Shown here piece after piece: positions 1-11,045 of a stretch of DNA of 53,237 bases. The stretch is from contig CANHFG010000005.1 in assembly GCA_947459875.1 (NCBI GenBank), forward strand, positions 1 through 53,237, in the 5' to 3' direction. Source of the DNA: Ignavibacteria bacterium. GTDB taxonomy: Bacteria > Bacteroidota > Ignavibacteria > Kapaibacteriales > Kapaibacteriaceae. The position numbers and the translations under genes are program-made. Under the pieces are notes generated by a model. It was not told the DNA's origin, searched no databases, and was given only the letters and a program-made list of their open reading frames with translations. The stretch's first letter is position 1; the number at the start of each line of letters is the position of its first letter.

Positions 1-1211
<1,211 letters not shown>

Positions 1212-1237
1212 GCAATCGCATGTAAATGTCAGTGTTT

Positions 1238-1270
1238 CGGGGCCGTTGGATTGCATTTCCGGCGGCCCCG
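1238..1270. terminator. Hairpin between convergent katG and the downstream gene, probable terminator
   Basis: CGGGGCCGTTGGA-ttgcatt-TCCGGCGGCCCCG forms a 13-bp stem with 2 G-U pairs. A homologous hairpin with a compensatory change lies at 4984-5018. Confidence 0.7.
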
Positions 1271-1332
1271 TACATTTTCGAAGAAGTATGGACGCTGGTT
1301 CTTTAGTCAGCTTTTATGATCTGTCGCCTGTA

Positions 1333-3900
1333 TCATTCTACCACCATGACCTTTCTGGTTGTCACGGTACCGTTCTGGTCTGTAAGCCGTGCTATGTAGA
1401 CGCCGGGCGATGGAGCAATCATGGGACTCAGCGGTTCGCCCGACAGCCCCGTCAGTGCCGTGCACGTGTACCCGGCATTTAACCATGCCCTGATGTGACT
1501 GTTCCAGGTTCTTGCTTCCGCTGGTTGGACTATTGATGTTGTGAGTTGCTGACCCTGAACGCTCGACGTCACGAGACGATTCTTGAACACACCGGTCGTA
1601 GTGCAATAGTAAATGTCTTCGGCCGCATCGTCGGTGAAGAAGGTGATGACGTCTGTCGCTTCGTTGATTCCGGGGTCATGCACGGCCCACGACAAGCCGT
1701 CGTCGAAACTCTCCAGTGGTCCATCAATTCCATTGATAATTAGCCGGCCATCGGCAAGACGCACACCAGAGTTGCCGATAAATCGGAAGCCCCTACTGGC
1801 AGACTGAGAGTATACCTTCGTCCACGTTTCGCCGTTATCAGTAGAGAGAACAACATGGCAGTCCTGCATCGTCGTGAATAGTGTCTCATTGAGTTGTTCC
1901 TCTCGACGGTTAAAGCTGCGTTGCTTCGCAGTATCTCGAACTACCGTTGAGTACGATGCTACTAAGATATCGGGACTAACTTGAATCATGCCAAGAAAGT
2001 ACGGATCCTGGTCCGGCAGGGTAGATGCCTTCCACGATAGACCCTTATCTGTGCTGCGAACGATACCACCGCAGAGATAAGGACGCGCCACGAGATTCAC
2101 GTTGTCGTATAGATGAACTCCGCTAACGAGTGCCATGACGGTCGTATCATTCAGAGCAAGCAGGGTCCCGACAAATCCTGAACCAATGCTGTCCGATGCG
2201 GCAAGCAGTGGTCGCACATCTGTGCTGTCAACGATGCTTCCATTTGCCCACCGACTCACTATCGTGCCATTACCAATAAGAATGGTACTGCTGTCAGTTC
2301 TCAAAGCCGACGATGAGTTCCGATCACTAAGCACACTCAAGAACGTTCCATCACGATCGAACTGCAGTAGCCTGACTCCCGGAACAAGAATCTCCGATGT
2401 GCTCACAGAAGGAATGCACATGCCGACCGTCGTTAGATAAGCTGGCGATGCCTTCCATTGTCCGTCGTTAAAAGTGACATACTGTCCACTTGTTGTTGCC
2501 GTGATCAGTCGCCCCACACCGGAGCGCTCAGCCCGAACCATGTGGCCGCTGTAAGACACAATAAATGGATCGTTCCCAGCTGCACCACAAAATCCATAGA
2601 GCATTGGTGTAGGCTCTACGTCAGATATGTTCCGCATGGTAGAACTGAGCAAGTAGCCCCGCCCCGACTTCATCGTGAGTACCATTTGGCCGTTCCAGCT
2701 GAGGTTAGAAGGGGTTAAAGCAGGATGCACGTTGGGTAACGGCCGAACATTGTTGTACCGATCATCGTACTCGTTCACCCGCAATTCTTGCTCGATTGAA
2801 TCCTTGAGATGAAGGAATACCTTTCCCAAGCGGCCATCCGACAGTTTCGCATAGTAGTAGGCAGTTTCAGAACTAAATATTGGCACCGGGTAAAACGGGT
2901 GTTTATGCCGAACAGTATCTACGGTATGCCATAAACCCTTACGGTATTCATGAATTGCTCCCGCGGAGTCTACAAGGAACGCTCGTCGTGTCGCAGAATA
3001 CATCAGGTGGCACCGTTGATTGACTATCCTTATGCTCCGTCCATCAGCGGTTTTTAACGACGAAGCAAGAAAGGACGCAACGGTGTCGCCCAGCGCCCCA
3101 ATGCCGAGTACCATCTTCCCCTTAACTTCGTCTATCCAGATGATCGTGTCACGCTCGTAGAACGCTACGGTAAAGTATTCACTTGTTTCGCTTGCCGTTA
3201 CATTCGGTGCAGCATTGATCGGGGTATTAACCGGTGTCCTACTACCCACTTGTTGAGTGAACGGATGTAAGATCGCGTAGTGACCCGATCCATTAGACCT
3301 ACTCAGGTAACCGCCATGTCCATCAACATTTAGGAACACAACGCCCTGATCTTGTGGCAGATCGACCCATGTGTCGCAACCGTCAAATGTCAGGAGTCGT
3401 CTGCTCACTATCGGGGGAGTTAGGATATTGATTGGCAGCCAGAGAGTGCTTGACTTTGAGTACTTGTTTCCAAAATAGAAACCACTTACGGTATCAATTC
3501 TCGCAGGCAGTGTATCACTCACGACGTTGAGCGATTCGTCGAACTTCCACAAACGGATACCAGCATTTCCGGACTGCAAACAGCTCAAGCCCCCCGTGGG
3601 GCGTCGCAGAATGACACTATATTGATAATTGCTCATGTTGTCGATTTCCGAGATGTGGCGCGCATTCCACGTTACCGTATCGACTACATAGATGCCGCGT
3701 CCACTTACATCAAACATCAGCGAACCACTACCGTTAAGCATCGTTGGTGTAGTGTTTACAGAGATTGGATATCCCCGTTCGCGGTAGATGACCTCGGGAC
3801 CTGTTCTTTGGGCAAGAGCTGACCTGGGATCTGCGGCACTCAGCGAGAGAATAACGATAGCTCCCAATACAAAGCATTTACGATTCCGAATGATGTTCAC
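1333..3900 (-). CDS. Large secreted beta-rich protein with Asp-box (BNR) repeats and T9SS-like C-terminal domain, copy 1
   Basis: ORF 1333-3951; best start is GTG 3900, 6 nt after GGAGGA. Signal peptide ends ALA|Q. Asp-boxes STDKGLSW, STDNGETW, SFDDGLSW. C-terminus GVYIARL...TTRKVMVVE. Paralog of 5080-7632. Confidence 0.8.
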   Translation of the reverse strand: MNIIRNRKCFVLGAIVILSLSAADPRSALAQRTGPEVIYRERGYPISVNTTPTMLNGSGSLMFDVSGRGIYVVDTVTWNARHISEIDNMSNYQYSVILRRPTGGLSCLQSGNAGIRLWKFDESLNVVSDTLPARIDTVSGFYFGNKYSKSSTLWLPINILTPPIVSRRLLTFDGCDTWVDLPQDQGVVFLNVDGHGGYLSRSNGSGHYAILHPFTQQVGSRTPVNTPINAAPNVTASETSEYFTVAFYERDTIIWIDEVKGKMVLGIGALGDTVASFLASSLKTADGRSIRIVNQRCHLMYSATRRAFLVDSAGAIHEYRKGLWHTVDTVRHKHPFYPVPIFSSETAYYYAKLSDGRLGKVFLHLKDSIEQELRVNEYDDRYNNVRPLPNVHPALTPSNLSWNGQMVLTMKSGRGYLLSSTMRNISDVEPTPMLYGFCGAAGNDPFIVSYSGHMVRAERSGVGRLITATTSGQYVTFNDGQWKASPAYLTTVGMCIPSVSTSEILVPGVRLLQFDRDGTFLSVLSDRNSSSALRTDSSTILIGNGTIVSRWANGSIVDSTDVRPLLAASDSIGSGFVGTLLALNDTTVMALVSGVHLYDNVNLVARPYLCGGIVRSTDKGLSWKASTLPDQDPYFLGMIQVSPDILVASYSTVVRDTAKQRSFNRREEQLNETLFTTMQDCHVVLSTDNGETWTKVYSQSASRGFRFIGNSGVRLADGRLIINGIDGPLESFDDGLSWAVHDPGINEATDVITFFTDDAAEDIYYCTTTGVFKNRLVTSSVQGQQLTTSIVQPAEARTWNSHIRAWLNAGYTCTALTGLSGEPLSPMIAPSPGVYIARLTDQNGTVTTRKVMVVE

Positions 3901-3979
3901 GTTCACTCCTCCAAAGATCATATTGTTTTCAGCACCAACTGTTAGAAACACATTTTGCTACGCGGTGCTCTTTGCTCCT

Positions 3980-4678
3980 CTATCTTGTGCAGCAGTTTTC
4001 GTTTTTCGGACAACCAACGAGTGCACAGGGACCCTGCCCGCAGTCGGCTCCGGCATCTGAACAATATCTCTCAAACCCTCCACTCGCTTCAGAAGTTGAA
4101 GGACCGTTCGCCGTCTGAACCCAGCGCATTTCATACCTGCAGCACAAGTCGCTACAGGCATATATACAGCCATCTGCCTGATTGACGATTGCACACTTCG
4201 GGCTAAACACCGTCCAACACCAGACACTGCCAATCGCAGGGGGAATGATTCCGTTGTTCCAGGAGCTGTCGCCGATCACGGGCTTCATTGTACACAGTAT
4301 TGCCGATAGTGTTCTCAATGGATTGATCGGCAGAGGCCGGGCTCCATTGAAACACACACGTCGAATCACCGTGTACTGGTTCTGCAGAAGTCCGGGGGTG
4401 CAGGTTGCTGGCAGATACGGCGGCGCGTTTTGTACAACGCTACAGCCATAGGCTGTAACGTTATACGTTTGGTTATCAATGCAGATATCCAGTGTTTTGA
4501 GTTCCACCGGGTTATCGCATGAACATCCCTGGGCGGTTAGATCCACATGCACTGACATCATCGCAACAAGTGCAACGGTGAACATAACAAGATGCGAGAG
4601 CACAGATACTCTCCAGTCGTCTCGCTTCGGCACACCATAAAACCTTGCGACACCGACCTGGTCATTGCACAGATGCAT
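3980..4678 (-). CDS. Cysteine-rich secreted protein (19 Cys in mature part), copy 1
   Basis: Hydrophobic leader ending LTA|QGCSC. Full-length paralog at 7715-8392 with identical Cys spacing. Confidence 0.8.
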   Translation of the reverse strand: MHLCNDQVGVARFYGVPKRDDWRVSVLSHLVMFTVALVAMMSVHVDLTAQGCSCDNPVELKTLDICIDNQTYNVTAYGCSVVQNAPPYLPATCTPGLLQNQYTVIRRVCFNGARPLPINPLRTLSAILCTMKPVIGDSSWNNGIIPPAIGSVWCWTVFSPKCAIVNQADGCIYACSDLCCRYEMRWVQTANGPSTSEASGGFERYCSDAGADCGQGPCALVGCPKNENCCTR

Positions 4679-4786
4679 AATCGAGTCCTCGATACTAATG
4701 GTTACAAATTCATTGGGTCAATCATCGCGACGTATGATAATTGTGTTCTGCCTCAGGTAAAACAGGACTTGTACTACCGCAGCTAA

Positions 4787-4957
<171 letters not shown>

Positions 4958-4983
4958 GTAACAACCACCATCGAATGAATGAT

Positions 4984-5018
4984 ACAGGGCCCCCGGATTG
5001 CCGATCTGGTGGCCCTGT
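4984..5018. terminator. Second copy of the katG terminator hairpin
   Basis: ACAGGGCC-c-CCGGAT-tgccg-ATCTGG-t-GGCCCTGT, at the same distance from the katG stop as copy 1. Confidence 0.65.
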
Positions 5019-5079
5019 TCTTGTTGGACGACATTATGACGCTGGTTCGTAATTCAGCCTTAGCGATCTGGCGCCTGTA

Positions 5080-7632
5080 TCATTCTACCACCACCATTAC
5101 CTTTCGGGTTGTCACAGTGCCGTTCTGGTGTATAAGCCGTGCTATGTAGACACCGGGCGATGGGGCAGTGAGGGGGCTAAGTGATTCGCCCGACAGCGCC
5201 GTCAGCGCCATGCACGTGTACCCGGCATTTGTCCATGTCCTGAGGTGATTGTTCCATGTTCCTGCTAATGCTGGCAGATTATTACCTGTTGCCGTTTCTT
5301 TATCTCGAACACTCGATGCAACCATTCGTTGTTTGAACACACCTGTGGTAGTGCAGTAGTATATGTCGTGGGCTACATCATCGGTAAAGAATGTTATCAC
5401 GTCCGTTGGTTCGTCAAACACTGGGTCGTGGAAGTCCCACGACAAACCGTCGTCGAAACTCTCCAGTGGTCCATCGATGCCATTGATGACCAGCCTACCA
5501 TCAGCAAAGCGCACGCCAGAGCTGCCGATGAATCGAAAACCCTTACTGGCAGATCGCGAGTACACCTTTGTCCATGTTACGCCGTTATCTGTTGAGCGAA
5601 TCACATGACAATCCTCCATGGTCGTGAACAACGTCTCGTTGCGTCGCTCTTCTTCGAAAAGCAGATTGTTTCGTTTCAGAGTGTCTTGCACCACCTTTGT
5701 GTAGGATGCCACCAGTACGTTTGAGTCCACACGGACAAACCCAAGAAAGTAGGGATCTTGGTCAGGAAGTTCCGATGCATTCCATGATTGGCCACTGTCC
5801 GTGCTCCTTACGATGCCACCGCAGCGGTATGGACGTGACACGAGTTTTTCGTTGTCTTGGAGAAGCAGACCACTCACAAATGCCAGCACAGTGGTACTGT
5901 TGAGAGCTGACATAGATCCTATGAAGCCTGACTCAAGAGTATCTGTCGATACAAGGAGCGGCCGTACATCTGTAGTGTCGGTGATACTTCCGTTGGTCCA
6001 GCGGTAGACTACTGTGCCATTCCCGATGAGAATATTACTCGAGTCTATCCGAAGGGCTGATGTAGATGCTTGCTCAGTGATAATGCTCAAGAACCTGCCA
6101 TCCCGATCGAACTGCATTAACCGCACTCCCGGAGCAAGGATGTCAGATGAACTGACGGATGCCATGCGCAAGCCAACTATAGAAAGTTTTGAGGGGGCTG
6201 GCTTGAAACCTCGACTAAGTTGGACGTAATCACCATTTGTCGTTACAGAGACCAAACGGCCGGCACCAGAGCTTTCTGGCTGAACCATATGGCCATGGTA
6301 GGATACCACAAACGGTTGTGTACCTGATTTCCCAGCGAAGCCATACAACATGGGATAGGTTCCAATGTCCTCAAAGTCGCGTAACGTAGAACTGAGCAGA
6401 TATCCATCGCCCGACTTCATTTTAAGAACCGTTGGACCATTCCAGTTGAAGGTAAAGGGAGTAACGTTGGGATGTACACTAGGGTATGATCGAATACTAT
6501 TGTACCCATCGTAGTACGATTTTATTCGCAACTCCTGCACCAACGAATCGCTGAGGTGAAGGAACACTTCGCCCGATGCGCCGCTTGATGTTTTCGCCGA
6601 ATAATAGACTTGTTCTGGGCTATAAATGGGAGAACTTGATGTTTTGAACCGGACAGTATCTATCGTGTGCCATTGCCCCTTTCGATATTCGTGTACGGCG
6701 CCAATAGCGTCGACTAAATACACTCGTCTCGTAGTAGAATTGAGTAGATGACACTTGTTCTTTATAATGCTCACTGTCATTCCCTCCGCAGTCTGGAACG
6801 ACGACCCGAGAAACGACGCTACCGTGTCACCTAACGCACCAATGCCGAGAACCATCTTACCCCGAACTTCGTCGATCCATATGATCGAGTCTTTACCAAG
6901 GATGGCCTTATGAAAAGCATCATCTGTTTCAAATCCGATGTTAGGCGTTGCAAAAATTGGCGTCAGCACCGGTTTGTTACTACTCATCTCATTGGTGTAG
7001 GGATGCAGTATGGAGTAATAATTGGCGCCATCTTTTTGTATCAAGGCGCCACCAATCCCGTCGTTGCGTAGTAGCTTCATTTTCTTCGTTGCTGGCAAGT
7101 CTACCCAAGAGTCGCATCCATCAAATGTCAGCAGCTGTCTACTTACTGGGGGTTTTGCCAAAGGCAACGAGATGACGAAGTACAGTGTCCTCGGTGTATG
7201 ATAATCAAAGTGAGCCAGCATGTTTATTGTGTCAATCCTTTCTGGCAACGTATCACTTACAACATTGAGCGACTCATCAAACTTCCATAGCCGTGTGCCC
7301 GCATTGCCAGTCTGCATGCATGCCATGCCACCAGACTTTCGCTGGTATAAAGAACTGAATTCATAAGATGAGTTGTTCTCGATCTCGGAAATGCGCCGCG
7401 CTCGCCAAGTAATGGTATCGACTACATATACTCCGCGGCCTGCCACCTCAAACATGATCGTGCCGCTTCCGTTAAACATTGTCGGCGTTGTATTCACCCA
7501 GAATGGGTCACCTCGTTCACGGTAGATGGCAACGGGTCTACTGTTCTGAGAAATAGCTGAGCAAATACAAACAAGGAGTAGAGTCGCGATACCGCCGAAT
7601 CGTTTCAATAGTCGTACATCGTACTGCATCAT
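5080..7632 (-). CDS. Large secreted Asp-box/T9SS-like cargo protein, copy 2
   Basis: 850 aa; signal peptide ends AIS|Q. Asp-boxes STDSGQSW, STDNGVTW, SFDDGLSW. Same C-terminus as copy 1 (SPGVYIARL...TTRKVMVVVE). Confidence 0.82.
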   Translation of the reverse strand: MMQYDVRLLKRFGGIATLLLVCICSAISQNSRPVAIYRERGDPFWVNTTPTMFNGSGTIMFEVAGRGVYVVDTITWRARRISEIENNSSYEFSSLYQRKSGGMACMQTGNAGTRLWKFDESLNVVSDTLPERIDTINMLAHFDYHTPRTLYFVISLPLAKPPVSRQLLTFDGCDSWVDLPATKKMKLLRNDGIGGALIQKDGANYYSILHPYTNEMSSNKPVLTPIFATPNIGFETDDAFHKAILGKDSIIWIDEVRGKMVLGIGALGDTVASFLGSSFQTAEGMTVSIIKNKCHLLNSTTRRVYLVDAIGAVHEYRKGQWHTIDTVRFKTSSSPIYSPEQVYYSAKTSSGASGEVFLHLSDSLVQELRIKSYYDGYNSIRSYPSVHPNVTPFTFNWNGPTVLKMKSGDGYLLSSTLRDFEDIGTYPMLYGFAGKSGTQPFVVSYHGHMVQPESSGAGRLVSVTTNGDYVQLSRGFKPAPSKLSIVGLRMASVSSSDILAPGVRLMQFDRDGRFLSIITEQASTSALRIDSSNILIGNGTVVYRWTNGSITDTTDVRPLLVSTDTLESGFIGSMSALNSTTVLAFVSGLLLQDNEKLVSRPYRCGGIVRSTDSGQSWNASELPDQDPYFLGFVRVDSNVLVASYTKVVQDTLKRNNLLFEEERRNETLFTTMEDCHVIRSTDNGVTWTKVYSRSASKGFRFIGSSGVRFADGRLVINGIDGPLESFDDGLSWDFHDPVFDEPTDVITFFTDDVAHDIYYCTTTGVFKQRMVASSVRDKETATGNNLPALAGTWNNHLRTWTNAGYTCMALTALSGESLSPLTAPSPGVYIARLIHQNGTVTTRKVMVVVE

Positions 7633-7714
7633 TGTCTCGCCTGATCGATATTGTTGAAAATGACAGCATAACGCAGTTTATCCGATCGATAGTTACATCA
7701 ATTGCGCACTCAGT

Positions 7715-8392
7715 CTATCTCGTGCAGCAAACATAACGACTGGGACAACCAATCAAAACACATGGACTTTGACCGCAGTCTTCGCTGGGATCAGAACAGT
7801 ATTTCTCAAAGCCACCGTCAAGGTAAGCTGTTGAAGGTCCACTTGCCGTCTGAACCCAGCGCATTTCATATCTGCAACACAAAGTGTTGCAAGCGCTGAT
7901 GCATCCGTCGACTTGATTTACAGTGGCGCATTTTGGAGTAAACACCGTCCAACACCACACACTCCCGATTGCTGGGGGAATGATTCCGTTGTTCCAAGAG
8001 CTGTCGCCGATCACGGGCTTCATTGTGCAAAAGATTGCCGATAATGTCTTCAATGGGTCAATCGGTACAGGCCGCACACCATTGAAGCATACCCGACGGA
8101 TAACTGTGTATTGATTCTGCTGATATGTTGGAGTACATGTCGGGTCCAACAGTGGAATGTTATAGCGCACAGCACTACAACCATAGACAGTAACATTGTA
8201 CGTATTGCTATCGATGCAAATGTCCAGCGTCTTGAGCGCTACTGGCGTATCACAGTTGCAGCCCTGAGCCAACAACCGTGGTTGTCCAATGTGCATGGCG
8301 ACAACGACAATGGCAAGAGATGCGAGAAGCTTGATAAACTGTGTTGTCGGCTTTGCGAGATCCTGACGGGCAGGCTTGAGGTCTGTTCTCAT
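7715..8392 (-). CDS. Cysteine-rich secreted protein, copy 2
   Basis: 225 aa; leader ends LLA|QGCNC. 19 Cys colinear with copy 1; ends CCTR. Confidence 0.8.
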   Translation of the reverse strand: MRTDLKPARQDLAKPTTQFIKLLASLAIVVVAMHIGQPRLLAQGCNCDTPVALKTLDICIDSNTYNVTVYGCSAVRYNIPLLDPTCTPTYQQNQYTVIRRVCFNGVRPVPIDPLKTLSAIFCTMKPVIGDSSWNNGIIPPAIGSVWCWTVFTPKCATVNQVDGCISACNTLCCRYEMRWVQTASGPSTAYLDGGFEKYCSDPSEDCGQSPCVLIGCPSRYVCCTR

Positions 8393-8415
8393 GATGTTTA
8401 CGTTTCCTGCGGCTA

Positions 8416-8619
8416 TTACTGAAATAGTGGATCAATGATTACTACTTGGGGTGACTGCGTACTTCCTGTAACAGCCTGTTGGGATGCCAGAGTATCGCTC
8501 GTGACTTGTTGAATAGCTGTCGAGTTCAACTCAACAAGCTGAGTGTATTGCGATTTGGTGATCTGCTGTCCAGGTGAAAGCAGCCCCATCCATAAGAGAA
8601 TTGCTAAGATAAATTCCAT
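8416..8619 (-). CDS. Small 67-aa putative exported peptide
   Basis: ATG 8619 gives MEFILAILLWMGLLSPGQQ..., a hydrophobic N-terminus followed by a Q/T/S-rich body ending VVIIDPLFQ. Ends 23 nt before the Cys-rich gene on the same strand. Confidence 0.6.
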   Translation of the reverse strand: MEFILAILLWMGLLSPGQQITKSQYTQLVELNSTAIQQVTSDTLASQQAVTGSTQSPQVVIIDPLFQ

Positions 8620-8732
8620 GGCACGCCTATTTAGATGTGATTGATAGATTGGTTTCGCCAACTTCTGAAAACGCTCAATTTGAGACTAAGCTTCTGGCAT
8701 ATATTTTCCGACATTGTTAAACAGGGTTAATC

Positions 8733-10193
8733 ATGACGTTATACCATTATCTACAGTCACTTGCACGTACTGTATCGAAACGGCGTCCAAAGCGAATAGA
8801 GGTGTTCAATGAAAATGAACTCGATAAATCATCGAAAATCTATCAGCTCTATAAACTTGCCTTAGATCCGAATGTTTCGTCCCAACAGGCACATGCTGAA
8901 TTGTATTCAGGGAAAAGTGTAAGTGCACATGCGGATCTCGCTTTCGAGCGATTGCTACAGCGTGCGGCGGAACGGCTCGAGAATCTGCTGTTGTTGTCGG
9001 ACCCGAAGTTGATTTCAAGAGATGAGGCTACTAGAGCAAACATTCAAGCTATTCGTTGGCTTACGGCTGGATTATATCTTGCTCAACATGAGATCAAGGA
9101 CGGGGCTATCTACAACCTCAAGCGAGGCTTGAAAAGCAGTGATACAATTCCCGCACAATGGCAAGGTCTGTGTTCCGCAGCATTACGACAAATGGTGCTG
9201 CATCATTCGATGACGGGATCTAGATCTTCTGCCAATCATTATGCTAAACATTTGACCGAGCAAGTTGCAGCCGTTGCCGAAGAGTCAACTCTGCGCGCGC
9301 GGCATGACGTGCTCTTTGCAGATCTACGAAGAACACGCCTTCAAACTAGCATGTCAGAGAATTCATGGATGGAGCTTGATGAATCCCTTACCATACTATG
9401 CCAACGCTTCCCCCAGACGTGGATCAAGACATCTGCCTTTCGCATGAGACAAACTGTTCTGCAAGTGACAGGCCAACACAATCGGATGCTCTTGGAACTC
9501 AAGACGGCCCCTTTACCCCAGTCAGAAAGACATCTCATGACTGCTGTTAGCTCGCTAGCCGTAGGTAGAACATCGGATGCTATCAAGCATGCTTTATCAG
9601 CTCGCACATACTATCGCCAGGGCAGTCCTAACTGGTTAGTGTGTTCAGATATCGCTATTCGCGGGTATTTACTGAAAGGCATTCCAGATAGGGCCATCTC
9701 ACTTGGACAAGAAGTGCGCAGATACCACAAGTTGCTTGCACATGATTCTGTGCTGGATGCTAGACTTACATTACTAGAGGAATACAGCAAGTCGTTCCAG
9801 CAACTTATCAGCAACGCCCCGATTCGAAGAGGTAGGCCAACCGTCCAGAACAAACGGCTAAAGACACAGTTGAACAACGCCTCAATTGAACAACACCTCT
9901 ATATTTCACTCCACGTATGGCAGCTCATAGACAGGAAAGCGCAACAAGACGAAATTGAATATGACCGAATCCTTTTCAACATGTTGCAATACGTCCGTCG
10001 AAGACGCAGTCTAAGGAACAATCATCGATTCGGAGTATTCGTCGAATTTCTCCACCGTCACAGAGCATCACAACCAAACCAAAAGCATCTTCAAGCCTTT
10101 AAACGCGAACTACGATCACTTGGTACTAAATACTCGACGGGAGAGATCATTGCCTACGAGATTCTCGGAGATATACTGACGAAACGGTACTAG
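8733..10193 (+). CDS. Uncharacterised cytoplasmic alpha-helical (TPR-like) protein, putative regulator
   Basis: 486 aa, no signal peptide, helical amphipathic patterns, basic N- and C-terminal regions. Divergent from the peptide/cassette operon. Function is inferred only. Confidence 0.6.
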   Translation: MTLYHYLQSLARTVSKRRPKRIEVFNENELDKSSKIYQLYKLALDPNVSSQQAHAELYSGKSVSAHADLAFERLLQRAAERLENLLLLSDPKLISRDEATRANIQAIRWLTAGLYLAQHEIKDGAIYNLKRGLKSSDTIPAQWQGLCSAALRQMVLHHSMTGSRSSANHYAKHLTEQVAAVAEESTLRARHDVLFADLRRTRLQTSMSENSWMELDESLTILCQRFPQTWIKTSAFRMRQTVLQVTGQHNRMLLELKTAPLPQSERHLMTAVSSLAVGRTSDAIKHALSARTYYRQGSPNWLVCSDIAIRGYLLKGIPDRAISLGQEVRRYHKLLAHDSVLDARLTLLEEYSKSFQQLISNAPIRRGRPTVQNKRLKTQLNNASIEQHLYISLHVWQLIDRKAQQDEIEYDRILFNMLQYVRRRRSLRNNHRFGVFVEFLHRHRASQPNQKHLQAFKRELRSLGTKYSTGEIIAYEILGDILTKRY

Positions 10194-10234
10194 ATTCTCG
10201 CCCAGATCCTCAATGCGCACGTAAAGGAGAAGTT

Positions 10235-10999
10235 ATGTGGATGTTGTTTGCCCTCTTGCTGACGTGTGTTTACTGCACGCCGCTTTGCTCGCAAACCCAT
10301 GTGTCAGTTGGCTTGGCAGGGGCCTCGGGGGTAGGAACCGTTTCAACGGGAATGGTGCGTGTTCCAAATTGCACGACCTGCGGAACGTACGGTCGCGGTT
10401 CCGGCTCATCTGAAACAATTAATCTGGAAGCTTACCTCAGGTCGGGCGCATCCACCGGAATGCACTTCATCTCACTGCTGAGCGTATCTCGGAATGCGGC
10501 CCGCTCAGGATGGAGGCAGCTTGCAGACCGACTGCCTTTGATCGATAGCGCCGGAAACATCGGTTATTTTCAGACTGGCTATGACCTTTCGTTCAGTTCT
10601 GCATCGACCGGAGTCATGCTTGGCGCTGGTGTGGAATGGGGATCGCTCAGTCTCCTGCCCATCATGCGGGTTTCGTTTGTGTCTGAGGCCTCTACCATCA
10701 ACCGGCTTCAGATCATACATCCTGCTAGTGCCGTCTTTGAACAAGTGCCGGGTGTTGAGTATGAAGACGGCGGCCGGACTCTCGTCACGGAGCGAATCTC
10801 AACGTCCGGACACTCATCAACACTGCTTGATGCCGGACTTCTCTTAGGATACACCTTGACATTCAGCCTTGCCGGTGTGGACGTCGAGACAGCACTGCAG
10901 GTATACGCTATGCGCGGCCTTACCTCTCTTCACAGGAACTCCGATAGCAAGCTTTCCTACGAGGCCGGTGGTCGTCTCTTTCTTGGTATTCGACTATGA
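10235..10999 (+). CDS. Secreted probable outer-membrane beta-barrel protein
   Basis: AAGGAG upstream; signal peptide ends LCS|Q. Alternating amphipathic strands, ends RLFLGIRL. Resembles the N-terminal domain of 43098-44981. Confidence 0.6.
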   Translation: MWMLFALLLTCVYCTPLCSQTHVSVGLAGASGVGTVSTGMVRVPNCTTCGTYGRGSGSSETINLEAYLRSGASTGMHFISLLSVSRNAARSGWRQLADRLPLIDSAGNIGYFQTGYDLSFSSASTGVMLGAGVEWGSLSLLPIMRVSFVSEASTINRLQIIHPASAVFEQVPGVEYEDGGRTLVTERISTSGHSSTLLDAGLLLGYTLTFSLAGVDVETALQVYAMRGLTSLHRNSDSKLSYEAGGRLFLGIRL

Positions 11000-11045
11000 C
11001 GCTGTACGACGGTGCGTGTCAACCGAAACGGATATTGGCCACCGC

